A DNA stretch of 64,000 nt, from assembly GCF_009834535.1 (NCBI RefSeq), contig NC_045716.1:28458001-28522000 (forward strand), written 5' to 3'. Position numbers and translations under genes: made by a program. The first letter of the stretch is position 1. The number at the start of each line of letters is the position of its first letter. Source of the stretch: Camelus ferus. Its lineage: Eukaryota. The notes beneath the pieces are model-generated. The model saw only the letters and a list, made by a program, of their open reading frames with translations. It ran no database searches and was not told the origin of the DNA. Positions 35,501-47,500 of this stretch are shown in pieces.

Positions 35501-38500
35501 CCGGAGCCTTCCCGGCCTCCCCTGCCCGTGGCCCTCTCCAGGGCTTCCCAGGGACGTGCAGGGCGCCGCCTGCTTCATCCCTTCCTGAGGCGGCGGGGTT
35601 CTGAGCCAACTCGCTGGTGGTGGTGGGCGATCTCGTAGTCCCGACCTTCATCCCCGGTGGGGCTGTGAGGGTGGGCGGTACACGCTGTGTCGTCTTGATG
35701 ACACTTGGCGGGACCAGGCGCACCCATGCTCTCCCAGCAGCATGTGCTGGCCTGGCCTCACCCAGGGCTCGTTGACCGTCCAGCCTGCCTGACCGGGAGG
35801 GCTTTCAACGCGGCTTCAAATAAAAACGTGAAAGGAGGCTTGTGCCTATGAGACGCGAGGCTTCCCACAGGAGGTTAGGCTGTCACGTCTGAAGCCCTGG
35901 CTCCGGGGACCAGCCACAGCTGGCGTGACGTTTAAGTCTCGCTTAGCAACATGGAGAGAAAGTGAACTACCCAGAGCTCACCGTCTCGTGGTGGAGAAGG
36001 GGTGTCATCCTGCCACCGAGCACCTTGTCCCCCCCACAGGGCTCTCTGACGCTGAGCTGTGGGCCTCGGTCACTGGGCGCTGAGTGAGAGGGGTTGGCTT
36101 TTGGAAGCGTGTACGGAAGGACAGAGATGCAGTTCCCGTGTCTGTTTACACGGCGGTGCGGGCAGCTGGGTGGTCTTGGCGGCAGGCTGTCCTGACAGCT
36201 CCTGAGCAGAGGGGCCTGGGCCTGCTCCCAGCAGGCGCCTCGTCACCCTGGTCCCCCGGCTCTCGGCCGTGGGCGTCCTGACCCCCGTGTGTGTCATGGA
36301 GCCTGAGAATAATGGAGTAGCTGACATCAGCCTCGGGGCGGGGGGTGGAACAGCTCGAGGGGAAGAGGAGCCCGGGTGGGCTAACTTCCCCGGCTGAGCT
36401 CTCACGCCTTAGGCTTTGTGGGTCTGAGGGCCTCTGTTGTGAAGTCCCGGCTCTGGAAGCAGCAGAGGCACCGGTGCCGGGGGAGGTGCAGTGCGGGCAG
36501 AGCAGGCAGGCCCCTCTTGTTGGGGAGTCGGCCCCCGCCCGGCTCCCCTCCCCCGGGGGACGGGTGGCCTAGGGATGAGGGTCCTGCCTGGTGTCGCTCC
36601 TCAGGGGCTCTTGCCCGGTGCCGGTGGGGCACTGGGCTCCATCCCTGCTGCCCTTCCCTCGCGTGTTCCCGGGTGACTCAGAGTCCTGGGGCTGCCGTCA
36701 CTGAGCACTGCCATTGGTTCCCCCCCTCACAGTCTGGGGCCCCGAATCTGAGACCCAGGTGTTGGCAGGGCCGCACTCCCTCCCGGGGGCTGGGGTGAGT
36801 CTCCCTTGCCTCTTCCAGGCAGCCCAGGGGAGTCCACCCTGCCCCCCGCCCCCCGCCGCGCGCGCCTGTGTGTGCCAGCTGTCCTCTCCCTGTGAGGAGG
36901 CCAGTCACACTCCCACGGGGCCTCAGCTCAGCTGAGTCACTCACGTATGCAAAGACCGTGTTTCCCAGGGAGGTCACATCCTGAGGTCCTGAGATGGACA
37001 TGAACTTGGGGGGACACTTCGGAGTATCCAGGGCCTGGGCCCTTTAGAGCGGTGTGTTCAAGAGCTGTGCCTCCCACAGCCCCTCCGGGCCCTGCCCCTG
37101 TCTTTGGGGGGTCGAGGCACCAGTTTGGAGAGCTGGGGGAAGTCGCGGTCAGTGTGGAGGGAGGGCACCGTGAGAAATGGGGGGGGCCCACCGGTCACCT
37201 TGGAAGGGCCTAATGGCGACCCCTGGGTTCTTCTCCCCATGCTCCGGGTATGACACCCCTCCAGTGGGCTCCCCTGTGTGGGGACGGGCCAGCCTGGCCC
37301 TGAGGCCAGGGGCGCTGACGTGTGGTGCGTGGAGCGGCCAGGGCCATGCTGGCCCCCTCCCCCAGGAGCACGCCCTGGGTTGCCCCTCACTCGGGGGTGT
37401 TTTCCCAATCAAGCCGAGACTGTCACTTTAAGGAATGCTTCCCTTTCCCTTGTCCTGGAGGTCATGTTAGCAGTGGCCTGTTTTCCATTCCTTTGTGGCA
37501 GATAAGCCCCATGCCACCCACCGAGGACTGAGGTTACAAGCTCGCTGCCTGCTGCGTTTTGACTGGCCTTCTCCCACAGTGCGTCTCAGCCCCTCCGAGG
37601 GCCTCGTTGGAGAGCTGGGATCTGGCTTTAGGATGGAACCACCAGTGTCAGGGGTGGGCATTCTGGAGAGGGGAAGGCCATCGGCAGAGATGGGACCCCT
37701 CTCAGATATTTGCGGGGGGGTGGGGCGGGCAGCGCTCCAGGGAAGTAACTGGGAGCAGGCTCGGGCGGCTGCCTTTCTCGGGGGGGGGGGCGCGGGGCTT
37801 GCCCTCCCCAGGCCTCTGAGAGGCCCCAGTGGCTTGTCTGTGGCCGAGGTGAACTCTAGCTCCCCAGGGCCTGCGTGCGAGGCAGCCATGGTGGGGGCCC
37901 TGCTGTGGGAAGGCGAGCGAGCGACCCACCCCTCCTCCCCGGGCCCGAGCGGCCCCAGGCCGTGCCGGGCGCCCTCTGTTGTTGGGCAGAGGGAGGCACT
38001 CCCAGGGTTGGTGTGGCCCCTTCTCGGTGCGGGTGGGCGGCCTGAGTTTAAGGCTGGTTCTCACTCCTGACTGGTAATTCGGCTGGGAAGATAATGACAT
38101 TCTTACTTTGTGAGGTTCTCTTAGGAGCATCAAGTGACTTGAGATAAGATGCCTCAAAAAGTGTGAAATACCAGTGAATTCAGAGTAATCTCATCTCTCA
38201 CTGTAAGCGCTTCCCTCCTCCATTCACTTCGCTGAGGTTGCCCGGAACTGTCAGAAAAGATGGAGAGTGCATTTGAGAGGCCAGAGCAAACACCGGCTCT
38301 GGCCCGCGGTGCCTGCCCACAGGGTTTCCGACGCAGAGCGGGCCCGCCGTGGCCTCCCAGCCCCACGGCTCTTTCGGGGGAGGGGGACGTGGGTGCTGCT
38401 GATTCTTGAGTCAGTTTTTCTTGGCATCCATCGCGAGGGTATCTGCCATCCAGTTGGAGTCTTGAGTTGCTGCTGGAAGGAGCTATGTAATAAAATGTCT

Positions 38501-41500
38501 TAGAAGAATTTAAAAATGGGTAATGTAGAACTACACGAATGTATGTTTCTTCTTCGAAGGCCGTAAGCCAGGTTTTGAACTGGCAAATCGGCTTTTGCAA
38601 AGTTAACTTAAGTGTCAGTATTTTCACTCATTTCTCATATACGTGCACCCGCGTGTGCCTTGCACACGTCCTTCTGCGTTGCCGACAGGTTCTGGAAATT
38701 TGTATAACCTCATGCATCCCTGGAGGCATCCGGAAGGTGTTTCCCTTGGGTGGGAAGGCGAGAGGGGTCGGAGGGTGGTCTGCAGGGTGTCTGTCCGTGC
38801 TGGAGCTGGCACCTGATAAGATGGTTGGGTGCCACGCGCCACCACTTCTCTGCTGGTTGTTCGCTCCTGTGCAGCTGTGGTCAGCCACGGGCTTGTCCTG
38901 TGCCTGCGGCTACAGTCAGTATTCGGGTTCCCGGTGACTGGACACCTGCACTTCTCATAGCTGGGTTCTCCTTCCTGCGACTACAGTCTCTTGTCACCAA
39001 AGTTGGTAGCCAGCTGGAACTTTGTGAGTTCCCCTTGCGCTGAGAGCTGTGCAGGCATGTCGCCCTCCCTCAGTAAATGCTGACTGACTGACGCCTCTGA
39101 CTTCTCGAGAAGACCTGAGAACCAGCAGAGACCTGCTTCTTCCTCTGTGTCTCCTTTTCTGCGGAAGGACAGAGGGGCAGAGACGGCCTAGGTTCTGCTC
39201 TCTGCTCCTGAAAATCCTGCTTCTCCTGAACCCAATTTTTTTTCTCTCTAGAGTATAGAAATTTTGGTTGTCATTCTGTTTAGAGTCAAAGATGTCCTAA
39301 GCATCAGCTCACAGAAAGTCGAGAAGTGTCTTTCCAGGACAGAAGAAACTTTGCTGACTGCAGTGCTTAAGAAAATAAGCGCTTCCTTTGCTTTGTTTGT
39401 TTCAGTGTCTCGGTCTCCATAGAGCAGGTTTTAGGGGTTGGGCACCCGTTTGTCTCTCAGCACATGGTCCAAACTTGGTGCTCTTAGTCAAAACAGGAAG
39501 TTTTTTAGCTCAATCTTTTTATTATTAAATTTTTGAATTTCATCCATTTATTTTCCCGTTAATCAGTGAAGCTTCATGACCAGTGAGAGAGGGGGTCACC
39601 CTGTTGAAAAGCATGTCTTGTGATTCCCACATTCCTGACCGTTACTTTCTGTTGATTCAGCACAAGGAGGAGTGAGAGGTGGTCCACTGAGAGGCAGTGG
39701 GCGGACAGGCAGGGGGGGGTCTCCGTCGGCCACCCACCCTGGTGGCCTCCCTGACCCCCGCCTCCTCCTTGGTGAGGGGTCTCGTAGGCTGGCGGGTCCC
39801 ACATTGAGAGCTCAGTGTAATGTAGGGGCGACAGTGCGGGTGCCAGTGCTGAGCACGGGACAGACGCTGAAAGACTGCAGGACGGCTCTGCCCTCTGGGT
39901 CCCGTGGAGGTGACGCCCACTCAGCCGGGGGGCGGGGACTCCAGGGAGTAAGGATGATCTCTGCCTTTACGGCGTTTTATTCTGATTGAGGAGGCAGGGC
40001 TGATCAGCCGGCCCAGGCTTGGGTGGCGATGGAAGAGGGTCTCCAGGTAATCGTGATCACCTTTTCATCAGCAGTGTTCAAGCATCTCTTATGTGCCTGG
40101 ATACTCTGGGTTCTTGGCCGACATGGGTGAGCAAAACAGAGGTCCCTGTGCTTGTGGGGGAAACAGCGTGAACCCAGTAGATACAGAAGTTCTGTAAAGT
40201 GTTAGAGGACCTGGATGGGGTGGAGGCGGGAGGCCCTGTAGGGTCAGACAGGCTGGCTGAGTGGAGTATTTCTGAGGTCATATTAGAGCCCAGACTTGGA
40301 GAAGGAAGGAAGCAGCCAGGCAGACACAAGCGAACCGAGGAGAACCGAGCTGGGCTGGTCAGACTGTGGGGACCCTTGGCTTCTTCCTCCACATCCGGGC
40401 ATGAGGTGTCGCACGTGAAATTCGGGTGGGCGGTTGGAGCATGGAGCATCCAGCAAGCTTGTAAGGGCCTCGCCTCTAGCTTTTTGCCCCTCTCCGGCTG
40501 ATGTGGGCAGTCAGATCAGACAGTTGGGAAAATAAATAGCGGAGAGCGTTGGTCACACGTAGCAGCCTCGGCTGAGGGGTCTCCCGGCCCCATCGCGCTG
40601 CCTGCTCGTGCCCCACCAGCCTCATGGAGCCTCCTGCCCTGTGTCCTGCAGGTCATCTCTTCTATAAGTTTGGAATCACGGAATCTGACTGGTATCGAAT
40701 CAAACAGAGCATCGACTCTAAGTGTCGGACGGCTTGGCGGCGGAAACAGCGGGGCCAGAGCCTGGCCGTCAAGAGCTTCTCCAGGAGAACCCCGTCCTCC
40801 TCCTCCTATGGAGCCGCAGGTGCGCGGTGTGGGGCGGCTGGGTGGTGCCCCGTGGGGCTCTGGATGGGCGGGGAGGCCAGCGTGGTTCTGTGCGTGCGTG
40901 GCCCCCGAGGTGCCCAGCCCCCGAGGTGCCCGGTGGGAGTTTCCCAGGGGGAGGGGGGTGCCCTGGGCTCCGGGGCAGGAGGAGGGGCTGGGCAGGACCT
41001 CCGGGAGCACCGCTTCACCGCCCCGGCACGGGCGCGCTGTCGTCGTCCCGCCCGCGTGGCGTCCGCGGTGACGCTGCTTACTGTGCGGGGGCAGGGCCTC
41101 CGCTGTGCTCATGTCAAGGTAGCGGGGAACTCTTAGACTTTTCTTTCAGGTGTTGAAAGGAGGGGTTGTTTTTCCTGGAAAAGTTCACCAGGAGCGACAG
41201 TAAGTCCAGCATTGCTTGTCACCCAAGACGTCTCCAGATATTTTCACGGAAACAGTTTTCAACTTTGGCAGAGACTTCCTGGCAGCAGCTCTCAGACCTG
41301 AGCCCTGACCACAGTCGGGGCCGGGATCAGGGGCGGCAACAGGCAGTGGGGGCCGGAACTCTGGTTCTGGAAGCAAACTGGGTCACCTGGAGTCCGCACA
41401 GGGCCTCGTTCTTTCTGAGCCAGACCTCAGGAAGCGGTTTTCCTCGGCGGTTTGGTGGTTGTCAGATACTTGCCTTGCCCTGCCCTGACTGCCCTGAGGT

Positions 41501-44500
41501 GGCCGGTCTCGTGGGCCTGAGCACGGCCTCTGGGGGTGGCCTGCACTGAAGGGTCTGTCGGCGAGGAGTCTGGGCCTTCCTCTCACCATTGGGAGTTGCG
41601 TGTGGGAACTTAGGTGGCAGTCGGCGGTCTGCTGGGGGCGGCCCTGCGGTCCTGAGAGGGTAGGCAGAGGCCAGCGCGGACCGGTCTGTCGTCCCCTCCC
41701 GCGGCCGCACGGCAGCACTCGGTGCACATCCCGTCTCTGGAGGCGCCGGGACACGTGCGGAGCAGGGCTTCTCCCAGCTGGCCTGCGGGCGGGCCCCTCG
41801 GAGCCTCGTAGAGTCAGATCTGGTTGAGTACATCGGGGCGGGGGCCTGCACCTGCGTGAGGCCCCGAGCTGGTCTGGAGCCCGTGTGAGCAGCGAGGGCA
41901 TTGGGTCCCGAGGTGGTGGCTGGGCTGCTGGGCCGGCCACCTGGATGGAACCCCCTCTGGCCCCGTGGCTGGAGACTCGGGTCTGATCTCCCAAGCGTCA
42001 CAGCTGGCGACGCCCCGTTTCTCTCCTCTCGTGCATTACTGTTTGTTTCTCTTCGGTTGTTAGCGTCTTCAGCTGCACGACAGTAATTTAGTTTAATGAT
42101 AGCTGTGTGTCTTCAGTGACTCTTTTCTTTGTTTATAAACATGTCAGTGTTTCTCCCAAGACGCTGTGGGTTTGAGCAGCTCTCAGGGCTGCCGCTGGCC
42201 TTGCGGGCGGTGAGCAGCCACCGGGAGGACATCTCCAGGGCTGAGGCTGGGCAGGCTCCGTGTCTCTGACGGGTCCTTTGGAAGGACTCTGTCCGGAGCC
42301 CTGTCAGCGGGCCGGCCCCAGGCGGCTTTGGAAGATCCACGAGCAGTGGGCACGTGCCCAGAGGGGCCCTGCTAGTCCTTCTCTCGGTATGTAGGTGGCA
42401 CCATGTGGTGCGTGGCTGCCTGCCCCGGGGTCTCCGCGCCCAGGACACAGCGTGGTGGGTGGGGAGGGGTGGGATTCATGGTGAGGCTTTTTAGGAAGCT
42501 CTGGCAGGAGATGGCTCCATCGGTTCCCTGGGCCTTTAGAGGTAGGTGTCTGGGGAGGATGGGGAGTCCTGGGCACCGTGCTGACGGGGGCTGCTTCTCG
42601 GGTGTTGGAACCGAGGAGTTTTGAGAGAAACACAGAACACATTCTTCTCTTATCAACATTTTTGGAGAACGTTGCTTTGTAACTTTTGGTTGATTTGCCG
42701 TTTCTCTGTTTGAATGCACTGCGTACTTGGCTAAAACTCAGTAAAGCACACGCGGTGGTCTGTCAAGTGGACTCCTGGGGTCTCGTCCTCCTCTCTGTGC
42801 TCACGGCTGTTCTGGCGACAGGCTCCTCAGGAACGTGTCAGCTAAGCCAGGAGTCTGTCAGCTTGGAAGCGGCAGTAGCTCCACTGGGGTTGTCCTCTCC
42901 TGAATGATCAGCAGACAGAAAGGGCACTTCCCAGTCAACGCTCTAAGTGAGATTCTGGGCCGAGACTGGTCTGTTTAAGTCTGAGTTAGTTCTGCCAGTT
43001 TGAACACAAACCATAAAATCACTAGTTTCAAGGGACTTTAAAAAATCAACTTCATTAAAATGCTTCTTTTTCACACTCCTTGCTGGCCGCACTGTGTCAG
43101 CCTTTGTGTGTGCCGGCGTGTGAGGCAGCCGCGTTGGCTGCGTGAAACGCCTTGGGCACGTTCCCTACAGCCCCCCTGGGGCCCAGGAGCACTCACGTGC
43201 CCAGCGCTTCGCGGTTGCAGGGGACACCTGCTGACCGCGTGCCGCTGTGCTGCGTCTCCCTGGACACAGAGTGGAGCTGCCCGGTGCGGGTAGGGCCCAA
43301 GGGGGCAGCCTGTCCTGTGTCACTGCTGGGGGCCACGGTCTGGGCCACGCTCGATGCGGCCCCTGTCCGCGTCACTGGCTGCAGCTCTTGAATGATTCTG
43401 ATCACGAGCAAGGCAAGTGACCGAGGCAGTTTTTGCACTGGGCTTTGATGTCAGTGTAAATTGTGAAACGTGAATTTATTTATTTATTTATTATTTTTTA
43501 ATTTTTTTAATTTTGTTTTTGAGGGGTAATTAGGTTTATCTGGTTTTCAGCGGAGGTACAGGGGATTGAACCCAAGGCCTTCTGCGTGCTGAGCACGGGC
43601 TCTACCACCGAGCTAACCCTCCCCCCAGAGCGTGAGCTTAGGCTGGTCTTCACGTGAGGGGTTACAGGGAGTTACTGACTACGCGGTAAATTCAGTGACT
43701 TAAATTCGAGGTTTCTGACGTGTTACAGGTGCTAACGCTTTAATGTTGTTGTGTTAGTTATTTAAAAGGTATTTAGTGGAATCTACCCCATGTCAGTTGG
43801 CCCCATTGAGCTATCAAAAAACACACGAGAAGCCTTTTCTTCAATGATCACACAGTTTACATCTTTCTTTTTCCTCCTTCCGTTTCTATCAGTGTTCCGC
43901 TTTTCTCACAGAAGGTCATTCTGATGCAGTATGTTTTTATCTTTAGAAGTTTTTTTATTAAACCATCATCTATTGCAATAAAAATACGAACATACATTGA
44001 AAATGAAAAAAATTTTTTGAGTCCTTAATGTTGTGTTTAATAAAATTCTTCTGACTGAGATAATGTTACAATCAAAACGAATACACAACACATCAAAACA
44101 AATGTATCTCGTTTTGTGAACTTGCTGGAAATGGGTCTGTGAGTGAGTGGGTGGGGCTCGCTTCCCTGGTTGAATTATCGGCGCGCGCACTGCCTTCTGC
44201 TGCCTGACGGGGTTTGGCCTCGACTCCGTCCTGTCTCCCATTGGCTGTGACGTCTGAGGAGCCTCCCTGCACAGCGGTCGGGATGCATGTTTGTGGCTGC
44301 CCCGTGGACGTGGCTGTGTAGGTTAGCGCTCTCAGCCATCAGACAGCTGCTGCCAGCGATCCCTGCACAGCGCGAGTCTGGGGGCGAAGACGGGCCTTTC
44401 CTCTGCGTGGGAATCGGGGCTGGGGGAGAGGAAGCCAGACGTGGACAGAGGGCTGAGCCCCGGGTGCATTTCTCCGCAGAGACCATGATGAGCACGCCGC

Positions 44501-47500
44501 CACCCGCCAGCGAGATGCAGCAGCCCCCGCCACAGGCCCTGCACTACGCGCTGGCCAACGCCCAGCAGGTCCAGATCCACCAGATCGGAGAGGATGGGCA
44601 GGTCCAAGTAGTACGTACCCTCTGCCGGCGGGCTGGGAGGGCGGGCCGGGACGCGGGAGCGGCAGGGCCCTGAGGGCTCCCCCTGTGGTCTGGGCCGCAC
44701 CGGAAGCTTGGGATGGGGTCAGGTGCCATTTCAGAGTGGAAGGAGTTAGGGGTGGCCTCGCACGTCTCAGGATGTCTCTGCCGGCCCCTGGGGGCTCCCC
44801 TGTGTGTGCTGCACCCGCGGCTGCTCTCAGGCCACTTGAGCGTCCCTGTATCTGCCTGTCCTCCTGGGAGACATGGTGGGCGCATGAGAGGTGTTTTCTC
44901 AGTTCGGGAGCACAGGCCCCCTTTACCCAGCGGGGAAGTAATTTCGCCCCAGGGCCATTGGAGAGAGCCGGTGGCCATCGTCACTGGAGCGTGCCCTGGC
45001 TGTGCAATGTGCCCTTGGCCCCAACGGGCCCTCAGCAGATGGCGAGCCCTCCCAGTCTGCCTCCCCGGCCCTGTGCAGTGCCGGCCCTTCATGGGTGCGG
45101 TGGCCCGGGAGAGCGGGGCCCGAACTTCTGGGGAGCCTCCTCGCCGGGTCCCTCCCTGCCGGCTGCCTCCTGGAAGCCTGGTTCCCACCCCAGGCGGCCT
45201 TGGTTTGATGCTGCGCTCAGCACACTGTCTGCAGAGGGAGGGCCTCCGGACAGTGGTGAGGGGCACTTTGAAGGGTTCTTCTTCTTCCTGGGGACATGGC
45301 GCAGTTGTAAACAGTGAGGTCTCTGTTTAACTGACAGTCACAGAGGCTGTCGCCTTTGCCTCCCTAGGGAGGAAGTTCTTTGAAAGAAGTCCAGGACAGG
45401 TGAGTTGGATGCAGGGGCCACCTAGACCTGGTAAAATGAAGGCCGCAGAAAGTTGTCCAGTGGTTTATTTTAAGGTCCATTTTGATGAAGGTGGAATTTT
45501 AAACAAGATAATGGATATTCATTTCACTCATCTAAGTTGACATTTACAGGAACTAATTGTCTGCCTGAGTCTACAAAGACAAATGCATTTGAGTTAGATG
45601 CTTTGAAGCCACGTTTATTAATGTTTACTGCGGCTGTTTAAATAGTCACATCCATCTCTGATTTAAAAGCAGTTGGCTGACGTGTTTTCTGCGTAGATAC
45701 AGGCACCCCCTGTCACGCGCTGCTGCGTGGCCTCACGCCCCGAGCGTGCAGACGCCACCTGACAGTCTGGGGGGTTCTGGTCCCTTCAGGTTGATAATAT
45801 CACTTTTAAAAAGGTGTCATTTTAGTTTCTGGAAAGTTCTGATTTCCTCTCTTTCCTGTATGTCCACCTCATTCTTAAATTTGCTTCTTTAATAATGTTC
45901 GCAGATCCAGCAGGTTTCTCCTAGGCCCCACTTCCCCTTTAAGAACTAGGCAGGGCTTCCCTTCGTACACTGGAAGTTTGATTTCCAGCGGCTGGTTAAT
46001 AAGCCCACACTGCACCCCTGCAATGCCGCGCCCCGGACTCAGCTGTCTTTCCTTGGACTGTGAGTGGACAGTCAGGAGCCACACTTCCGAGGGTGTTTCT
46101 TGTTTGCTCTGGTCTCGATTTTCCTCTGATGCTTCTTGGTGTCTTCTCTTCCTGCGGATCCCACAGGGCCACCTGCACATCGCCCAGGTGCCTCAGGGGG
46201 AGCAGGTGCAGATCACGCAGGACAGCGAGGTGAGTCTGGGCCCCTGGCTCCTGCACCCGCGCCCGGTCACACGAGGTGGGCACCACCTGACTCTCGTTGC
46301 CGGGCGCAGGCTCCAGGCCGCACCTGCCCTCCGCAGCTGCCTCCCTTGCTGCCCTGAGGCCCCGACCCTGGCTGTGGGGAGTCCTGCTCCTGGCTGAACT
46401 GCCCTGTGATCGCCCCGCTCCCCTGCTCCCTGACTGAGATGCGGGCCTGCGCCCCCAGCGGGGTTCCCGCCCCTGGGGTGGGAGGAGCACCGGGCGGGCC
46501 CGGCCCTGGAACTGCGGCCTCACCTCCCCAGCCTCACTTCTCGGCGCCAGCTGGGACCAGTGCCCGTCGTGCGGGAGGTTGGGGCTCTGTGGAACCGGCA
46601 CGTGCAGGTCCTGGGAGCTTCTGGGGCAGCTCTCTGTGGCTCTGTCCCGGCCGCCTGCAGTCCTCACTGACGTTACTGCCCGTGGGGACGCACACAGGGT
46701 CCTCCCCGGCCCATGCACTGCCAGGTGTGCAAGTCTTCCCAGCCGTGCCGTGTGGGGCCCGGGCCTGCTCCCGGGTGGGGAGCGGTGTGGGCGGGCCTCA
46801 TGCCGGCCTGCCTGGGGCTGTGGTTCGTGGGTCTCAGGTGTCCCCAAGTGAGCAGTGAGGGGCAGGTGAGGCGTCAGTGGAGAGCCCTCTGGGGAAGTGC
46901 TGGACACCTTACAAGGCCAGGCAGTGGGAGGCCACTGGAGGGGCACACATCCAGCCAGAGCGCTTAACTCGCTGGGGGCCACTTGAAAGGAGGAAAGTTG
47001 ATGTGGCAGGAAAAGGAGAAGTCAGTGTGCACCCACTTTTACACTGCTGCTGCTAAAAAATCTTGAATTTCAGTTTTTCAGCATCAACGTCGCTTTCCTT
47101 TTCAGTTTTCATAGTTGAGTCCCTCCTCTGTGTAAGCCAGTGTCCTTGCTTCCTGCAGGAACTGAGTACAGTGAATTAGAAGAAGTTGCTGATAGCACAG
47201 TGATCACTTTGGAAAGAAAGTTACTATACACAGTAGGCCTTCTTATCACAGGAAGACCTTACCTTGTTCGTTTAAAAACTAGGTAATTATTGTGTCAAAA
47301 TGAGGATATCTGTAAAGAGACAGTTAGCAGACCCTACCGGACTTAAAACAAGAGTTATTCTTTTTTAAACAAATAAAAATGAGTTTCCAGCTGGTGGGAT
47401 CCCAGTAGGCCTGTGGCCTGGCTAACTGCAGTGTACCGTCACCGGGGTTGGTGCCCTGTCATGTGTCAGGTGTCCCCGCCAGGGAAGCTGGCCGGTGGGG

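Noticed and set aside
38429-38438. CATCGCGAGG partial BANP motif in intron 7
   Set aside because: 8/10 match in a probably methylated gene body. I saw no perfect TMTCGCGAGA in the window, though my scan was by eye.
43479-43626. tRNA gene-like A/B boxes (also at 63480-63552)
   Set aside because: They lack a full cloverleaf and carry SINE body, A-tail and TSD, so they are SINEs rather than tRNA genes.
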